51,773 bases of DNA from contig JBHPMS010000004.1 in assembly GCA_042563095.1 (NCBI GenBank), positions 1 to 51,773 of the forward strand, read 5' to 3'. Below, in pieces: positions 1-13,294 of this stretch; within the stretch, counting starts at the first letter, position 1; the number at the start of each line of letters is the position of its first letter. Under the pieces are notes generated by a model. The model made no database searches, had not been told where the DNA came from, and worked only from the letters and a program-made list of their open reading frames with translations. Both the position numbers and the translations under genes were made by a program. The stretch comes from Candidatus Margulisiibacteriota bacterium (GTDB lineage Bacteria > Margulisbacteria > WOR-1 > XYC2-FULL-46-14).

Positions 1-206
1 GTAATTAGTGCTGAGGTGAAAGGAATAGGCAAGAAGAATGTTGCTTTTAACATTAGATTGATTATTGATGCGCTTAGAGTAATCGACTCAAAAGAGGTAT
101 TACTGGAACTAAGTACACCGCTTAGTCCCGGAATAATACGGCCAGATAATAATGATGAATACGTTTACATTGTAATGCCAATCAGGACACAAGAAGCAGT
201 ATCGGC

Positions 207-210
<4 letters not shown>
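1..210 (+). CDS. dnaN: DNA polymerase III beta clamp, C-terminal part (truncated by window start)
   Basis: AFNIRLIIDAL...LSPGIIRP...YIVMPIR matches the beta-clamp C-terminus; lies upstream of gyrB. Confidence 0.9.
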
Positions 211-2469
<2,259 letters not shown>

Positions 2470-2482
2470 GGGGAAGTAATAA

Positions 2483-4996
2483 ATGTCAGCTAAGAAAAAA
2501 GCCATGCCTGCCGGCAGGCAGGAGAAAGAAGCCATGCAGGCCAGAAGGACTGAGCAGATAATTGTTTCTCCAATCGAACAGGAGATGAAGTCATCTTATA
2601 TCGACTACGCCATGTCAGTTATTGTTGGCCGGGCGCTGCCGGATGTGCGTGATGGGCTTAAGCCGGTCCACCGCAGAATCCTCTATGCTATGGATGAACT
2701 CGGATTACAGCCGAATAAACCGTATAAAAAGTCAGCCCGTGTAGTTGGTGAAGTATTAGGTAAATACCATCCCCACGGCGATACTGCGGTCTATGATTCA
2801 TTGGTTAGAATGGCGCAAAACTTTTCACTCCGTTACATGCTGGTAGATGGGCAGGGAAACTTTGGTTCAGTTGACGGAGACTCAGCCGCAGCAATGCGTT
2901 ATACAGAAACGAGACTTGGTAAAATTTCTACCATGATGCTTGAGGATATCGAAAAAGAGACTGTCAACTTTGGCCCAAACTTTGATGAATCACTACAGGA
3001 GCCGTTAGTCTTACCGGCAAAATTCCCTAACTTATTAGTCAATGGTTCTTCTGGCATTGCGGTTGGTATGGCTACCAATATCCCGCCGCACCATTTAGGC
3101 GAAGCGATCGATGGCGTGATCGCCTTAATCGATAATCCAGACACAGAGATCTCTGAGCTTATGAAAATTATTAAAGGCCCTGATTTTCCGACCGGCGCCT
3201 TAATCTGTGGAAGAAATGGAATCAAAGATGCTTATACAACTGGTCGTGGCATTATCAAAGTTCGTGCGCGAGTAGAAGAAGAAGAACACCGGGGCAAGGA
3301 CATAATTATTGTTACCGAGCTGCCGTATCAGATTAACAAAGCGGAATTGATCGGGCAGATTGCAGAGCTCGTAAAAGATAAAAAGATTGTTGGGATTTCT
3401 GACCTGAGAGATGAATCAGACCGAAAAGGGATGCGGATCTATATTGAAGCAAAGAAGGACGTAAACCGCGAAGTTGTTTTAAACCAGCTTTATAAAAAGA
3501 CCCGGCTGGAAACTACTTTTGGGATAAACCTGGTTGCGCTGGTTAACGGGGAGCCAAAAACCTTAAATCTTAAAGATATGCTCTCTGCATATTTAAAACA
3601 CCGCGAAGAAGTAGTTGTCCGGCGGACCAAGTATGAATTAAAAAAAGCTGAAGAGCAATCCCATATTTTAGAAGGTTTGTTGATTGCAGTTGCCAACATC
3701 GACAAGATCATCAAATTAATCCGTGGATCAAAAAATCCGGATGAAGCTCGCAAAGGATTGATGAAAAACTTTAAACTTTCACAAATCCAGGCACAGGCAA
3801 TTCTTGATTTAAAATTACAACGCCTGACCCAACTGGAACGCTATAAAATTGATGAGGACTATAAAAAAGTACAAAAGAGAATTAAAGAACTGAAAAAAAT
3901 CCTTTCTGCCCGCACAGAGGTATTAAGCGTCATTAAAGAAGAACTGCTCGAAGTGAAGGACAAATACAACGATAAACGTCGGACCACTTTAACATCGGCG
4001 GTTGAGGATATCGAAATAGAATCTTTGATCCCAGAAGAAGAGGTGGCGGTCCTGGTAACGGTTGACGGGTATGTCAAACGCATGCCAGTAACTGCTTTCC
4101 GGGCACAGCTGCGTGGCGGGCGTGGTGTAACTGGAATGACAACGCGGGGAGAGGACCAGATTGACAGTCTCTTTGTTGCTTCTACCCACGATTATGTCCT
4201 CTTCTTTACCAACAAGGGAAGAGTTTACAAGTTAAAAGTTTATGACCTGCCAACCGCATCGCGTGCCGGCAAAGGACAGTCGATTGCAAACGTCTTGCAG
4301 GTCGGGCAGGGTGAAGTCGTCACCGCAAATGTAATGGTCAGGTCTTTTGAAGAAAAAACCTTTTTGGTAATGGCTACTAAAAATGGACTTATTAAAAAAG
4401 TTAACGTTGCAGATTTTGCAAATATTAGGCGCAGCGGCATAATCGCAATAAAATTGAAAGGGGACGATGAACTGCGCTGGGTCAAAGAGACGGATGGTAA
4501 GCTGGAAATACTCCTTGGCGCACAGGGCGGGCTGATGATCCGTTTCAGCGAAAAAGATGTCCGGCCGATGGGGAGGTCTGCGTCCGGAGTGCGGGGGATC
4601 AGGCTCAAAAAAGAGGATAAGGTTGTCTCGATGGACATCGTAAGCCCCAGGGACGATTTGCTGTTAGTCTCACAGAGCGGTTTTGGAAAACGGATGAAGA
4701 TTTCTGAGTTTGGAGCTCAGAACCGTGGAGGCAAGGGGCATATTGCGATGAAGCTGAGGAATAATGATAAAGTTGCAGCGATGAAAATTATTCATTCCAA
4801 TGATGAATTACTTTTTGTCACCAGAAACGGGACAATGAGCAGGCAAAAAGCTTCGGGCATATCGACTCAAGGGCGCTATGCTAAAGGAGTCAGGATCCAA
4901 CGGCTTGATGCTGACGATATAGTTGTAGACTTAGCTCGGGTGGTAAGCCAGGAAGAAGAAGTGGCAGTAGCCGAAGGCAAGAAGATGCAATCTTAA
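2483..4996 (+). CDS. gyrA: DNA gyrase subunit A
   Basis: [14 protein letters not shown], GyrA-box-like QLRGGRG, C-terminal pinwheel repeats. Confidence 0.98.
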   Translation: MSAKKKAMPAGRQEKEAMQARRTEQIIVSPIEQEMKSSYIDYAMSVIVGRALPDVRDGLKPVHRRILYAMDELGLQPNKPYKKSARVVGEVLGKYHPHGDTAVYDSLVRMAQNFSLRYMLVDGQGNFGSVDGDSAAAMRYTETRLGKISTMMLEDIEKETVNFGPNFDESLQEPLVLPAKFPNLLVNGSSGIAVGMATNIPPHHLGEAIDGVIALIDNPDTEISELMKIIKGPDFPTGALICGRNGIKDAYTTGRGIIKVRARVEEEEHRGKDIIIVTELPYQINKAELIGQIAELVKDKKIVGISDLRDESDRKGMRIYIEAKKDVNREVVLNQLYKKTRLETTFGINLVALVNGEPKTLNLKDMLSAYLKHREEVVVRRTKYELKKAEEQSHILEGLLIAVANIDKIIKLIRGSKNPDEARKGLMKNFKLSQIQAQAILDLKLQRLTQLERYKIDEDYKKVQKRIKELKKILSARTEVLSVIKEELLEVKDKYNDKRRTTLTSAVEDIEIESLIPEEEVAVLVTVDGYVKRMPVTAFRAQLRGGRGVTGMTTRGEDQIDSLFVASTHDYVLFFTNKGRVYKLKVYDLPTASRAGKGQSIANVLQVGQGEVVTANVMVRSFEEKTFLVMATKNGLIKKVNVADFANIRRSGIIAIKLKGDDELRWVKETDGKLEILLGAQGGLMIRFSEKDVRPMGRSASGVRGIRLKKEDKVVSMDIVSPRDDLLLVSQSGFGKRMKISEFGAQNRGGKGHIAMKLRNNDKVAAMKIIHSNDELLFVTRNGTMSRQKASGISTQGRYAKGVRIQRLDADDIVVDLARVVSQEEEVAVAEGKKMQS
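2505..2520. repeat. Perfect 16-bp palindrome TGCCTGCCGGCAGGCA inside the gyrA 5' end
   Basis: Read directly; AAGCCATGC direct repeat at 2499-2507 and 2529-2537. Confidence 0.8.
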
Positions 4997-5535
4997 TTAG
5001 CCGGCCCAATGCCAGCGGCGACAATTTCACAAACTATATCTGCGGCTTTAATGATTGCCGGTTCAATGATTACTAAGTCTTCTTTAGAAAATTTGTTTAA
5101 TACATAATTGCTAGTTTCTTCCCCTAGCCTTTTACCGATGCCAACCCTGACCCGGGTAAAGCTTGAAGTTTTGGCATATTTAATAATTGATTCTACCCCG
5201 TGATGCCCGCCGGCACTGCCAGACTGCCTGATTCGAATTTTACCAACCGGAAGATCAACATCGTCATAGATTATAATTAAATGTTGTGGCCCGGTTTTGT
5301 ACCAGGAAAACAACTCAAACAGAACTTCCCCAGAGTTGTTCATATAAGTTTGTGGTTTTATTAAAACAACTTTATGGCTTTTTATTTTTGCTTCTGCAAG
5401 ATCCGAGCGGCAACGAGATTTGTAACGAGAAATCTTTAAACGAAGCGCCAGTTCATCGATAATCCGAAAACCTAGATTGTGGCGGGTCTTTATATATTTT
5501 TGGCCAGGATTGCCTAACCCAAGAATTAGGTGCAT
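4993..5535 (-). CDS. pth: Peptidyl-tRNA hydrolase
   Basis: [25 protein letters not shown]. Confidence 0.97.
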   Translation of the reverse strand: MHLILGLGNPGQKYIKTRHNLGFRIIDELALRLKISRYKSRCRSDLAEAKIKSHKVVLIKPQTYMNNSGEVLFELFSWYKTGPQHLIIIYDDVDLPVGKIRIRQSGSAGGHHGVESIIKYAKTSSFTRVRVGIGKRLGEETSNYVLNKFSKEDLVIIEPAIIKAADIVCEIVAAGIGPAN

Positions 5536-5536
5536 T

Positions 5537-6361
5537 TTATTTTAAGTATAATCTGTACTCTGCTCCAAAACGAACATCGGTTGATGGCCGTGAATCTTTT
5601 TCTTTATACCAGATTAAGCTTAATACTTCAAGATGAAGGTTAAAGTTACTAAACGGCTCAAGCTGGATACCCGGCCCGACGACTAAATTATTCAGCCAGG
5701 CCTCTGGTCGTCCCGACAGGTTAAGGTTGGTCCTCAGGTATGGTTTTACTCCAGCATCATTTAAGTAAATTCCCGTTTTTTGCTCATGTGCTAAAAGATA
5801 AGTCTTAAAACCGCCCTGATAAAAATTACTGGAGCGATAAGAAAGATTACTCCAAACTTCTGCCCAAATAGCTTTTAAATCTGGATCAGCCTGGTTCCAC
5901 TCGTGATAAAGGTCAAAGCCAATTCTTTGGTCGCTAGTTAAAACCTGGTTGGTTGTTGCGGTGGCCTCGTCTTTAAAAAAAGAGGCTTCTAATACTTCTG
6001 CAAAAACCTTAACATCTTTTATCCATTCATCTGACCAATTTGATGCCTCATATGCTTCAAAAGGGAGCAGGCGTACACCAAAACCGGTTGCAGAAATATT
6101 GTTCCAATAATTTTGATCCTGGCTGGCAGTTAATAAATAGACCACGTAAGGAGAAAAAGAAGGAATATCGGGGAGCTCATCCGTTAAATCAACACCTGCC
6201 CGGATATCGCTTCTTGCCAGGAAAGCGTTAAAGCCAGTTTTTTCGGCGTTAGTAGTGTAGTAAGCAGCTTTGTTCCAGGTATCCAGCCATGGGACAAATG
6301 CGAATGCAGCTTGCACCATTAAAATTAGTAGTATAGTCGTAACAAGACTGTTCTTAATCAT
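5537..6361 (-). CDS. Exported protein, probable outer-membrane beta-barrel with two internally duplicated halves
   Basis: Signal peptide (AAFA); alternating beta-strand pattern; YWNN..GFGVRLLPF vs WLNN..GPGIQLEPF. Confidence 0.55.
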   Translation of the reverse strand: MIKNSLVTTILLILMVQAAFAFVPWLDTWNKAAYYTTNAEKTGFNAFLARSDIRAGVDLTDELPDIPSFSPYVVYLLTASQDQNYWNNISATGFGVRLLPFEAYEASNWSDEWIKDVKVFAEVLEASFFKDEATATTNQVLTSDQRIGFDLYHEWNQADPDLKAIWAEVWSNLSYRSSNFYQGGFKTYLLAHEQKTGIYLNDAGVKPYLRTNLNLSGRPEAWLNNLVVGPGIQLEPFSNFNLHLEVLSLIWYKEKDSRPSTDVRFGAEYRLYLK

Positions 6362-6388
6362 ATTATTTGCTCCTATCTATCTATATAT

Positions 6389-6415
6389 GTATCGGCCAAA
6401 AAGAGGAAAAATTTC
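6389..6415 (-). promoter_or_regulatory. sigma28/FliA-like promoter GAAA-N15-GCCGATAC
   Basis: Close to the TAAA-N15-GCCGATAA consensus; 27 nt upstream of the 6361 start. Confidence 0.65.
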
Positions 6416-6422
6416 AGACAAT

Positions 6423-7082
6423 TTAACGCAGGGTAAATTTTATGTTATCCAGGCAATAATCAATTGCACCGGTTTTACTGCCGGCAACAGCAATCAGCTG
6501 CATTTGCAACAGGCCGCCAGAAGCATTCTGTTTTTGTGGATTCCAAATGTTGTCGCCTGCATTTGGATTATTATCAACAAAACTTGAAAAAGGAACCGCA
6601 ACCCGTTTCCAGCCGCTCCAATCAATCTTTTGCTCATAAACAAAACGATCATCAAAAACCGGAGCATAAGCTTTTTTCGGATCTTGCTCGATTTGCCAAT
6701 TACCGTTGTCGTCGTCATAAAGTTCGATTTTTAATGATCCGTTTTCCGGGCCAGCGCTGTAGATGTCCATTTCGATGTACGAATATTGTGAGAGATCGAG
6801 TTCCCCCTTTGCCAGATAAGTTCCCATGCCGCCGACATACCAGTCGATCGCCTTTCCGGTTAGCGCAAGGGAATAAGCGCCTTTGGCCGGATTACGCTTA
6901 AACATTGTTGTTACATTATCAAAGACCCACCATTCCGGACTGGCAGTTATTTCTCCATCCTCAAAATTGTCGATCATGTAAGCAGAAGCAACGGTGGCTT
7001 GTTCTTGGGCCGGCGGTTTTCCAAAAGCGAAAGCCGGGACCATCAGAGCTAAAACCATTAAGACGACGAATGTTTTTCTCAT
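6423..7082 (-). CDS. Exported carbohydrate-binding (CBM11/CIA30-like) beta-sandwich protein
   Basis: Signal peptide; IDNFEDG, DLSQYSYI, DWSGWKRVAVPFSSF, LDNIKF are typical of galactose-binding-like domains. Confidence 0.65.
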   Translation of the reverse strand: MRKTFVVLMVLALMVPAFAFGKPPAQEQATVASAYMIDNFEDGEITASPEWWVFDNVTTMFKRNPAKGAYSLALTGKAIDWYVGGMGTYLAKGELDLSQYSYIEMDIYSAGPENGSLKIELYDDDNGNWQIEQDPKKAYAPVFDDRFVYEQKIDWSGWKRVAVPFSSFVDNNPNAGDNIWNPQKQNASGGLLQMQLIAVAGSKTGAIDYCLDNIKFTLR

Positions 7083-7157
7083 AACTTATTATATATTTGT
7101 TTTCTTATAAGTGTCAACTTTATGTTATAATAAAAAAATAGATAAGGAGGAATAACC

Positions 7158-7613
7158 ATGGCTAAAAAAATGTTTGCACTAATTTTAGGAATCTTGTTGA
7201 TCTCTTCCCAGGCATATGGCGCAGCGTCAAGTATCGGATATGTTGATTTGCAAAAAACGCTTAAAGCATATAAAAACACCGCAAAGACACAGAAAGAACT
7301 GGATAAAAAACAAAAAGCTTACCAGGAAGACTTCACCAAGTTTCAAAAAAAACTTTCTGATGCTGAAAATTCGGGGAAGAGCAAAAACGAACTTGAAAAG
7401 ATGAGAAAAGATATGGAAACAAAGCTTTCAAAAAATCAGTCAGAAATAATGGCTTTTAACCAACAATTCAACTCTGCCCTGCAGAGTAAGATTTTAAAGG
7501 CGGCCGGCGCCATTTCAAAAAGATTGGGGCTTGATCTGGTTATGGATAAACAAGCGGTGATAGTTGGCGGGCTCGATATAACCGATATGTTGATTACCGA
7601 AATCAACAAATAA
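7158..7613 (+). CDS. skp: OmpH/Skp periplasmic chaperone
   Basis: IGYVD after the signal peptide, coiled coil, C-terminal DIT motif; next to lpxD. Confidence 0.85.
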   Translation: MAKKMFALILGILLISSQAYGAASSIGYVDLQKTLKAYKNTAKTQKELDKKQKAYQEDFTKFQKKLSDAENSGKSKNELEKMRKDMETKLSKNQSEIMAFNQQFNSALQSKILKAAGAISKRLGLDLVMDKQAVIVGGLDITDMLITEINK

Positions 7614-7620
7614 CAACAGC

Positions 7621-8532
7621 GTGATTCTATCAGAAGTTGCAAAAATAATCGCCGGCTCGATTAATGGTGATGCTTCGCTTGAGATAAAAGAAATCTCAAA
7701 TATCGAAAATGTAAAAGCTGGAGGGCTTTGTTTTGTTTTAGAGGAAAAAAATCTCAAAAAAGCGGATGCATCTGCCGCAACTGTACTGGTCGTTAAAAAA
7801 GGATGGGCCGCTGAAAAAGTAACGATCGAAGTTGAACACCCGCGCATAGCTTTGGCCGCAATCTTGCCACACTTTTCAAAAAGGGGAAAGCCAAAAGTAG
7901 AAATCCATGATAAGGCGGTTATCGCAAAGAGCGCCAAGATTGGGGAAAAGGCATCAATCGGACCATTTGTGGTAATCGGTGAAAATGTGGTGGTTGGCGA
8001 CAACGTTGTAATTCACCCCGGTGTTACAATTTATGACAATGTTACTATCGGAAACAATGTAATCCTTCACGCCGGAGCAGTCATTGGCGTAGATGGCTAC
8101 GGCTTTGTTCCAACCAAAGAGCTGCCGATAAAAATACCTCAAATCGGCACGGTTGTGATTGAAGACGATGTTGAAATCTATGCTAATGCCTGTATTGCCA
8201 GAGGGGTGCTGGGAGAGACCCGGCTTGGGCGGGGGACCAAAATTGATAACTTGACCCACGTTGCCCATAATTGTAGCTTTGGAGAAGCTTGCTTGATTAC
8301 TGGTCAGGTTGGGTATGCAGGCTCAGTTACCATGGGGCACCACGTTATGGTGGCAGGACAGGCTGGATTTAATGGACATATCAAGGTAGGGGACAATTGT
8401 GTTGTCTTGGGTAAGGCAGGAGTTACAAAAGATATTCCTGCCAACACAGTAATTTCTGGTTTTCCGGCACAAGCACATAAAAAAGAACTACAACGTCAGG
8501 CGAAATTGAATAAGCTGCTTGAAGAAAAATGA
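7621..8532 (+). CDS. lpxD: UDP-3-O-acyl-glucosamine N-acyltransferase
   Basis: Hexapeptide repeats, [22 protein letters not shown]. Confidence 0.95.
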   Translation: MILSEVAKIIAGSINGDASLEIKEISNIENVKAGGLCFVLEEKNLKKADASAATVLVVKKGWAAEKVTIEVEHPRIALAAILPHFSKRGKPKVEIHDKAVIAKSAKIGEKASIGPFVVIGENVVVGDNVVIHPGVTIYDNVTIGNNVILHAGAVIGVDGYGFVPTKELPIKIPQIGTVVIEDDVEIYANACIARGVLGETRLGRGTKIDNLTHVAHNCSFGEACLITGQVGYAGSVTMGHHVMVAGQAGFNGHIKVGDNCVVLGKAGVTKDIPANTVISGFPAQAHKKELQRQAKLNKLLEEK

Positions 8533-9635
8533 GGATCGCATTTTTTGCGGATTCTTACAAACCATTCTTAAGCGGTGTTACCAACTCGATCGAAATCTTA
8601 GTAAAAGAACTACGTAAATTAGGGCACCAGGTCTACATCTTTGCCCCAAAGTATCCGGGGCACGTTGATACCGATAAAGACATTGTCCGTTTTCCATCAA
8701 TCGGGACGCACTATCCAAAATTTCGACTGGCAATACCATATGTTAACCGAATCCCAAAGGTAGATTTAATCCACGCCCAAACTCCATTTCAGGTAGGATT
8801 AATGGCTCGCTATCTTGCTCGTCGGGAAGGAGTACCGCTAGTATATTCTTTCCACACGCTTTTTACCAAATATGTCCATTATGCCAAATTTATTCCTGAG
8901 CCGCTCTCTAAAATGAGCCTGGTCACCTATATTCGCTCTTTTTGCCGGGGAGCTAACGCGATCATAACACCTTCTGAACTATCAGCAAGGGTGTTGCGCA
9001 GCTGGGGCGTAAAAAAAGACATCAAGATAATTCCATCAGGAGTAGAGATAGAAGCGGTAAAGAGAAAAGAACTCTCTCGAAAATTAAGGAAAAGTTATTC
9101 AGTCCCGATCGATGCAAAAGTATTAATATATGTCGGAAGAATTTCAAAAGAGAAGAATTTGCCTTTTTTAATCAGGGCGTACAAAAAAATCTACAAGAAG
9201 AACAGCAATGTTTACCTGGTTATGGTTGGGGGAGGACCTTATGTTGAAAAAATTCAAAAGGAGAGATTACCCAACTTAATTTTAACTGGCGAAGTCCCAT
9301 ATCCAGAGGTCCTGGCCCATTATGCCATGGGGGATGTCTTTGTTTTTAGCTCCCTTACCGAAACGCAAGGTTTGGTGGTGGCAGAAGCAAAAGCTATGGG
9401 CTTGCCGGTAGTCGCAATTTTTGCAGGGGCGCTGGTTGGAACGGTCTTATCCGGTATCGACGGCTACCTGGTTTCACGCAGCCAACAATCTTTTGTCGAG
9501 CATGTAAATCGACTGTTAGCAGACGATAACCTTCGCAAAAAAATGGGTTTTCAAGCTTACGGTGATGCCAGGGACCGTTTTTCTTCTGACAAGGTTGCAA
9601 AGCAGGTCGAACGGGTATATAATTCTCTATTATGA
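8529..9635 (+). CDS. Glycosyltransferase family 4 (GT-B)
   Basis: [24 protein letters not shown]. Confidence 0.92.
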   Translation: MRIAFFADSYKPFLSGVTNSIEILVKELRKLGHQVYIFAPKYPGHVDTDKDIVRFPSIGTHYPKFRLAIPYVNRIPKVDLIHAQTPFQVGLMARYLARREGVPLVYSFHTLFTKYVHYAKFIPEPLSKMSLVTYIRSFCRGANAIITPSELSARVLRSWGVKKDIKIIPSGVEIEAVKRKELSRKLRKSYSVPIDAKVLIYVGRISKEKNLPFLIRAYKKIYKKNSNVYLVMVGGGPYVEKIQKERLPNLILTGEVPYPEVLAHYAMGDVFVFSSLTETQGLVVAEAKAMGLPVVAIFAGALVGTVLSGIDGYLVSRSQQSFVEHVNRLLADDNLRKKMGFQAYGDARDRFSSDKVAKQVERVYNSLL

Positions 9636-10351
9636 GAAATGTATTATTGTGCTTATTTTTCTGTGTATTGTCGGTTGGATCAGTAAGTGCTTATTCCTTT
9701 CCAATGCCGACGATGAACGGAAGCTCCGGCTTAGCGCGTATTCCGGATGCAACCGTTATTCCCTATAAAAATTGGAACCTCTCTCTAGATTACGGGACAA
9801 AATATGTAGCTGGAGGGAATCCGGAGAATGTCCCGTCGATGTACTACAAGGCAAATCTCGGGACTTTTCAAAACTTTGAACTAGGATTAGTTGGCGGGTA
9901 TAATAATGCCGGGACAGATATCCGCGAAGGCGTTTTTATCAACTTAAAATATTCTCCAAACATTGGAGATGGAACCGACCCGCTGCTTTTAGCTATTGGA
10001 GTTGAAAATTTATCATCAAAAACACAAACAGGGCTATATATGGTTGCAACCAAGCCTTTCAGGCAAGGCCCTAAGCTTTCGTTCGGTTTCTTGGCTGATT
10101 TTCCCGGAAACCGCTTCCGACCGCTCGGGATGGCTGGACTTGATATTCCAGTCGGAACACTTTCAATATTAATGGATCTTTTTGCCGGCGAAACAGTTTT
10201 CCAGTTTAATGCCGGCTTGCGCTATTTCCTCTTCCCCACTTTTGCACTAGAGCTGCGCGGCGTAAATATTTTGGGGGATACTAATAATGCTCAAGCGGCC
10301 AAAGATCCTAAACAGATCTTGATCGGCTTTTCCTGGGCTAATCCTTTCTAG
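9632..10351 (+). CDS. YjbH-like outer-membrane protein
   Basis: Signal peptide, G-SGL-RIP-A N-terminal motif, beta strands, C-terminal Phe. Confidence 0.6.
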   Translation: MRNVLLCLFFCVLSVGSVSAYSFPMPTMNGSSGLARIPDATVIPYKNWNLSLDYGTKYVAGGNPENVPSMYYKANLGTFQNFELGLVGGYNNAGTDIREGVFINLKYSPNIGDGTDPLLLAIGVENLSSKTQTGLYMVATKPFRQGPKLSFGFLADFPGNRFRPLGMAGLDIPVGTLSILMDLFAGETVFQFNAGLRYFLFPTFALELRGVNILGDTNNAQAAKDPKQILIGFSWANPF

Positions 10352-10396
10352 CAAAAATAGGCTGAAATTTTTTTATTTGATTGCGTATATTAATAC

Positions 10397-10846
10397 GTGC
10401 AAAGTATCAACAAATTAAATGGTTTAACAAAGAGAAAATTATCTGGACGAGATTACTTGTCCAAGCTAGTTTCACAATTTAATGGCACGAGAGAATTAAA
10501 CACAAAAGTGGCGACCTTTATTTTAATATGGGAAAAAAGCCCTGAACTTGCGATCAAGCTGGGGCGTTGTGTTACATTAGGCCCAAGTGTACAGGAAAAA
10601 ATTGTTAATTGTTTCGGTGAAATAGTTTGTGAAAGTGAAGATGTAGATGAAAAAAACGAAGCAGCACGAACGTTGGTTTCGTTGAATTTTCCTGGCGTAA
10701 GAGCACTATTTGAGCTTATTGTTGAACAAACAAAAACACACTTGTCTGGCAAAGGGTTCTTGAACTGTCCATGGTTATTTGTTAAACCACTTGACACCTA
10801 TGCTGTGGCTGTGACGGCATTAAGCTTTTTATTTACGTGTGAATAG
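10397..10846 (+). CDS. Hypothetical protein (helical)
   Basis: 149-aa ORF filling the intergenic gap; no recognised motif. Confidence 0.5.
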   Translation: MQSINKLNGLTKRKLSGRDYLSKLVSQFNGTRELNTKVATFILIWEKSPELAIKLGRCVTLGPSVQEKIVNCFGEIVCESEDVDEKNEAARTLVSLNFPGVRALFELIVEQTKTHLSGKGFLNCPWLFVKPLDTYAVAVTALSFLFTCE

Positions 10847-10890
10847 CTGTTCTGATAGCCCCATTAATATTTCTGTGATAAAATTGTTTT

Positions 10891-11970
10891 ATGGTTAAAA
10901 TCCGATCAGCGTTAGACAACCTTTCTGAGTATACTCCTGGAAAAAATCCAGAAAATGAAAAAGTCATCAAATTAGCCTCGAACGAAAATGCTTTGGGGCC
11001 ATCTCCCAAAGCGGTCGCCGAGATAAAAAAGCAGTTAAAAAATCTTTCCATCTACCCCGACAAGAATTCAGGGTTGTTAACGAGGGCGTTGGCAGAAAAA
11101 TACTCGATTTCAGAAAACAATATAATTATTGGCAATGGCTCTGACGAGATCATGCAACTGTTGGCTGCAGCTTATCTTTCGGCCGGAGACGAGGTTTTAA
11201 TTGCTAAGAATACTTTCTCGGTCTATGAATTTGTGGCCCGCTTGTTTGATGGGGATCTGATATTTGTTGATCTAAAAAATTATGCTTATGACCTCCCGGC
11301 CTTTGCAGAAAAAAGCAGCGAAAAAACCAAGCTGATCTTCTTATGCAATCCAAATAATCCGACCGGTACAATTTTTTCAGCAGCTGAGCTCGATTCTTTT
11401 TTGGCTAATATCCCCGACCAGTATATTGTAGTGGTTGATGAAGCATATGCTGATTATACTGAATCAGACATCTTCCCGGATGCACTTAAATATGTCCGGG
11501 AAGGGGAAAACGTTATTGTTCTTAGGACTTTTTCAAAAATTTTCGGCTTAGCCGGCTTGCGCTGTGGTTACGGGATTGCAAAAGAGGAAATTATTAAATA
11601 TCTCAGGATGGTTAAGCTTCCATTTAATGTTAATCGTTTGGCGGTCAATGCTGCAGTTGCAGCATTGGAAGATAAAGAACATATTGAAAAAAGTTTAGAG
11701 AACAACAAAAAAGGCAAAGAATATTTATATGAAGAGCTTAAGAAATTGAAAGATAAGGTATATTTTCTTGAAACAGAATCAAATTTTATTTGCATAAAAG
11801 TTAATCAGCCAGCAGACCAGGTCTTCCTCAAGCTAATGTCAGAAGGCGTAATTGTCCGACCGCTAACTTCGTTTGGGATGCCGGAACACTTGCGAGTGAC
11901 AATTGGAACTCCAGCTCAGAATAAGAAGTTTATTAAGGCCTTCAGGTCGGCGTTGGAAGCGGCACGATAA
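10891..11970 (+). CDS. hisC: Histidinol-phosphate aminotransferase
   Basis: KLASNEN, GNGSDE, CNPNNPTG, DEAY, RTFSKIFGLAGLRCG. Confidence 0.95.
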   Translation: MVKIRSALDNLSEYTPGKNPENEKVIKLASNENALGPSPKAVAEIKKQLKNLSIYPDKNSGLLTRALAEKYSISENNIIIGNGSDEIMQLLAAAYLSAGDEVLIAKNTFSVYEFVARLFDGDLIFVDLKNYAYDLPAFAEKSSEKTKLIFLCNPNNPTGTIFSAAELDSFLANIPDQYIVVVDEAYADYTESDIFPDALKYVREGENVIVLRTFSKIFGLAGLRCGYGIAKEEIIKYLRMVKLPFNVNRLAVNAAVAALEDKEHIEKSLENNKKGKEYLYEELKKLKDKVYFLETESNFICIKVNQPADQVFLKLMSEGVIVRPLTSFGMPEHLRVTIGTPAQNKKFIKAFRSALEAAR

Positions 11971-11985
11971 TAGGAACGAACCGCA

Positions 11986-12014
11986 TTGACTAAAATTATA
12001 CATTAGTGTATAAT
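11986..12014 (+). promoter_or_regulatory. sigma70 promoter TTGACT-N17-TATAAT overlapped by inverted repeat ATTATACA-ttag-TGTATAAT
   Basis: Read directly. Confidence 0.75.
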
Positions 12015-12028
12015 CAACAATAGATAAT

Positions 12029-13156
12029 ATGAAAAACCCTTTTTACTACGGTGAAGCAGCTACCGGTGAATACTTTACGAATCGGACCGAAGAGATTAAA
12101 AGCTTACATTCAGATCTTAGTCGGGGCCAAAACGTCATTATTTTTTCGCCTCGTCGTTATGGAAAAACATCTTTGATTAAAAAGGTATTGGGCCAGCTTA
12201 AAAAAGATGGCCTTTTAGTTGTTTATGCAGATCTCTGCGCGGCCACTTCAAAGAAAAAATTTATTGAAATACTTACCGGCGCAATTGCTAAAGCTATTGA
12301 GGGGGATATAAGTAAAATTGCAAAGCTATTAAAGCAATTGCTTCCAAGGATAATCCCAAAGATTATTATTAATACAGAAGGGCTACCAGGGCTAGAGCTA
12401 GAATTCAAAGGGACCAAAAGAAATATTTCTTTAATTCTGGATGAACTGTTTGAGCTGGTGCCTAAATTTATAAAGAAAAAAAGAAAACAGGCAGTGATTG
12501 TGCTGGATGAATTTCAGGAGATCCTAAATTTTGAAGACGATGAAATTGAGCGGACTTTTCGATCACACCTCCAATTTCATAAAGGGATATCCTATGTTTT
12601 TATGGGCAGTAAAAAGCACTTGATTTATGATATGTTTAGCAATCCCAACCGCCCTTTTTATAAAAGTGGGCGAATGTTTCCTTTGCAAAAAATTAAAGCT
12701 GCTGACTTTGAGCCGTTTATCAGGAAGAGTTTTAAAAACTCGGGAATTGAGATAGATGGCATATCGATAAAGACTATCCTGGATATTTCAGAATGTCATC
12801 CTTATTACACCCAGTTAATCTGCAGTATTCTGTGGGACCGTTGTATAGGTATAAAGAAGATAGGGAAAGTCGATATAACCTCTGCACTAAAAGAAGCAAT
12901 CGCCAGATCATCTGCAATTTACCTTGAAATATTCGACAATCTTACACATCCTCAAAAAAGGTTATTAGAGGCCATTTCAAAAGATTCTTCAGATAGCATA
13001 TATTCAAAAGAGTTTATCCTGGAGAATGAACTAGGAGCAGCGACCTCGATTCAACGCAGCATTAAAGCACTTATAAGGAAGGGACTTGTAGAAAAAGGGA
13101 ACGGGGATTACATATTTTCTGATATTATTTTTTATAAGTGGCTGCGAGCAAAATAA
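12029..13156 (+). CDS. AAA+/'archaeal-type' P-loop ATPase with C-terminal winged helix
   Basis: NPF, FTNR, SPRRYGKTS (Walker A), VIVLDEFQ (Walker B), HPYYTQ. Confidence 0.85.
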   Translation: MKNPFYYGEAATGEYFTNRTEEIKSLHSDLSRGQNVIIFSPRRYGKTSLIKKVLGQLKKDGLLVVYADLCAATSKKKFIEILTGAIAKAIEGDISKIAKLLKQLLPRIIPKIIINTEGLPGLELEFKGTKRNISLILDELFELVPKFIKKKRKQAVIVLDEFQEILNFEDDEIERTFRSHLQFHKGISYVFMGSKKHLIYDMFSNPNRPFYKSGRMFPLQKIKAADFEPFIRKSFKNSGIEIDGISIKTILDISECHPYYTQLICSILWDRCIGIKKIGKVDITSALKEAIARSSAIYLEIFDNLTHPQKRLLEAISKDSSDSIYSKEFILENELGAATSIQRSIKALIRKGLVEKGNGDYIFSDIIFYKWLRAK

Positions 13157-13185
13157 GAAGTTTATCAGCATAATGAAGAAGGTAT

Positions 13186-13230
13186 TACCGGGAATCCCGG
13201 CGGATTGACAAAACACCAGGATTCCCGGTA
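13186..13230. repeat. 12-bp inverted repeat TACCGGGAATCC/GGATTCCCGGTA (terminator- or operator-like)
   Basis: Read directly; encloses a TTGACA at 13205-13210 and is followed by TTTT. Confidence 0.6.
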
Positions 13231-13258
13231 TTTTCCATAAAAATATCATAAAGATGTA

Positions 13259-13287
13259 TTGACATAATACATAATATGTAATAATAT
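13259..13287 (+). promoter_or_regulatory. sigma70 promoter TTGACA-N17-TAATAT with spacer palindrome TACATA-a-TATGTA; near-leaderless start
   Basis: Read directly; ATG at 13295 with no SD. Confidence 0.6.
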
Positions 13288-13294
13288 AGTACAT

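Noticed and set aside
10364-10389. Seventh sigma28-like promoter before the 10397 ORF
   Set aside because: Spacer is 14 nt and the -10 reads TGCGTATA; too weak to count
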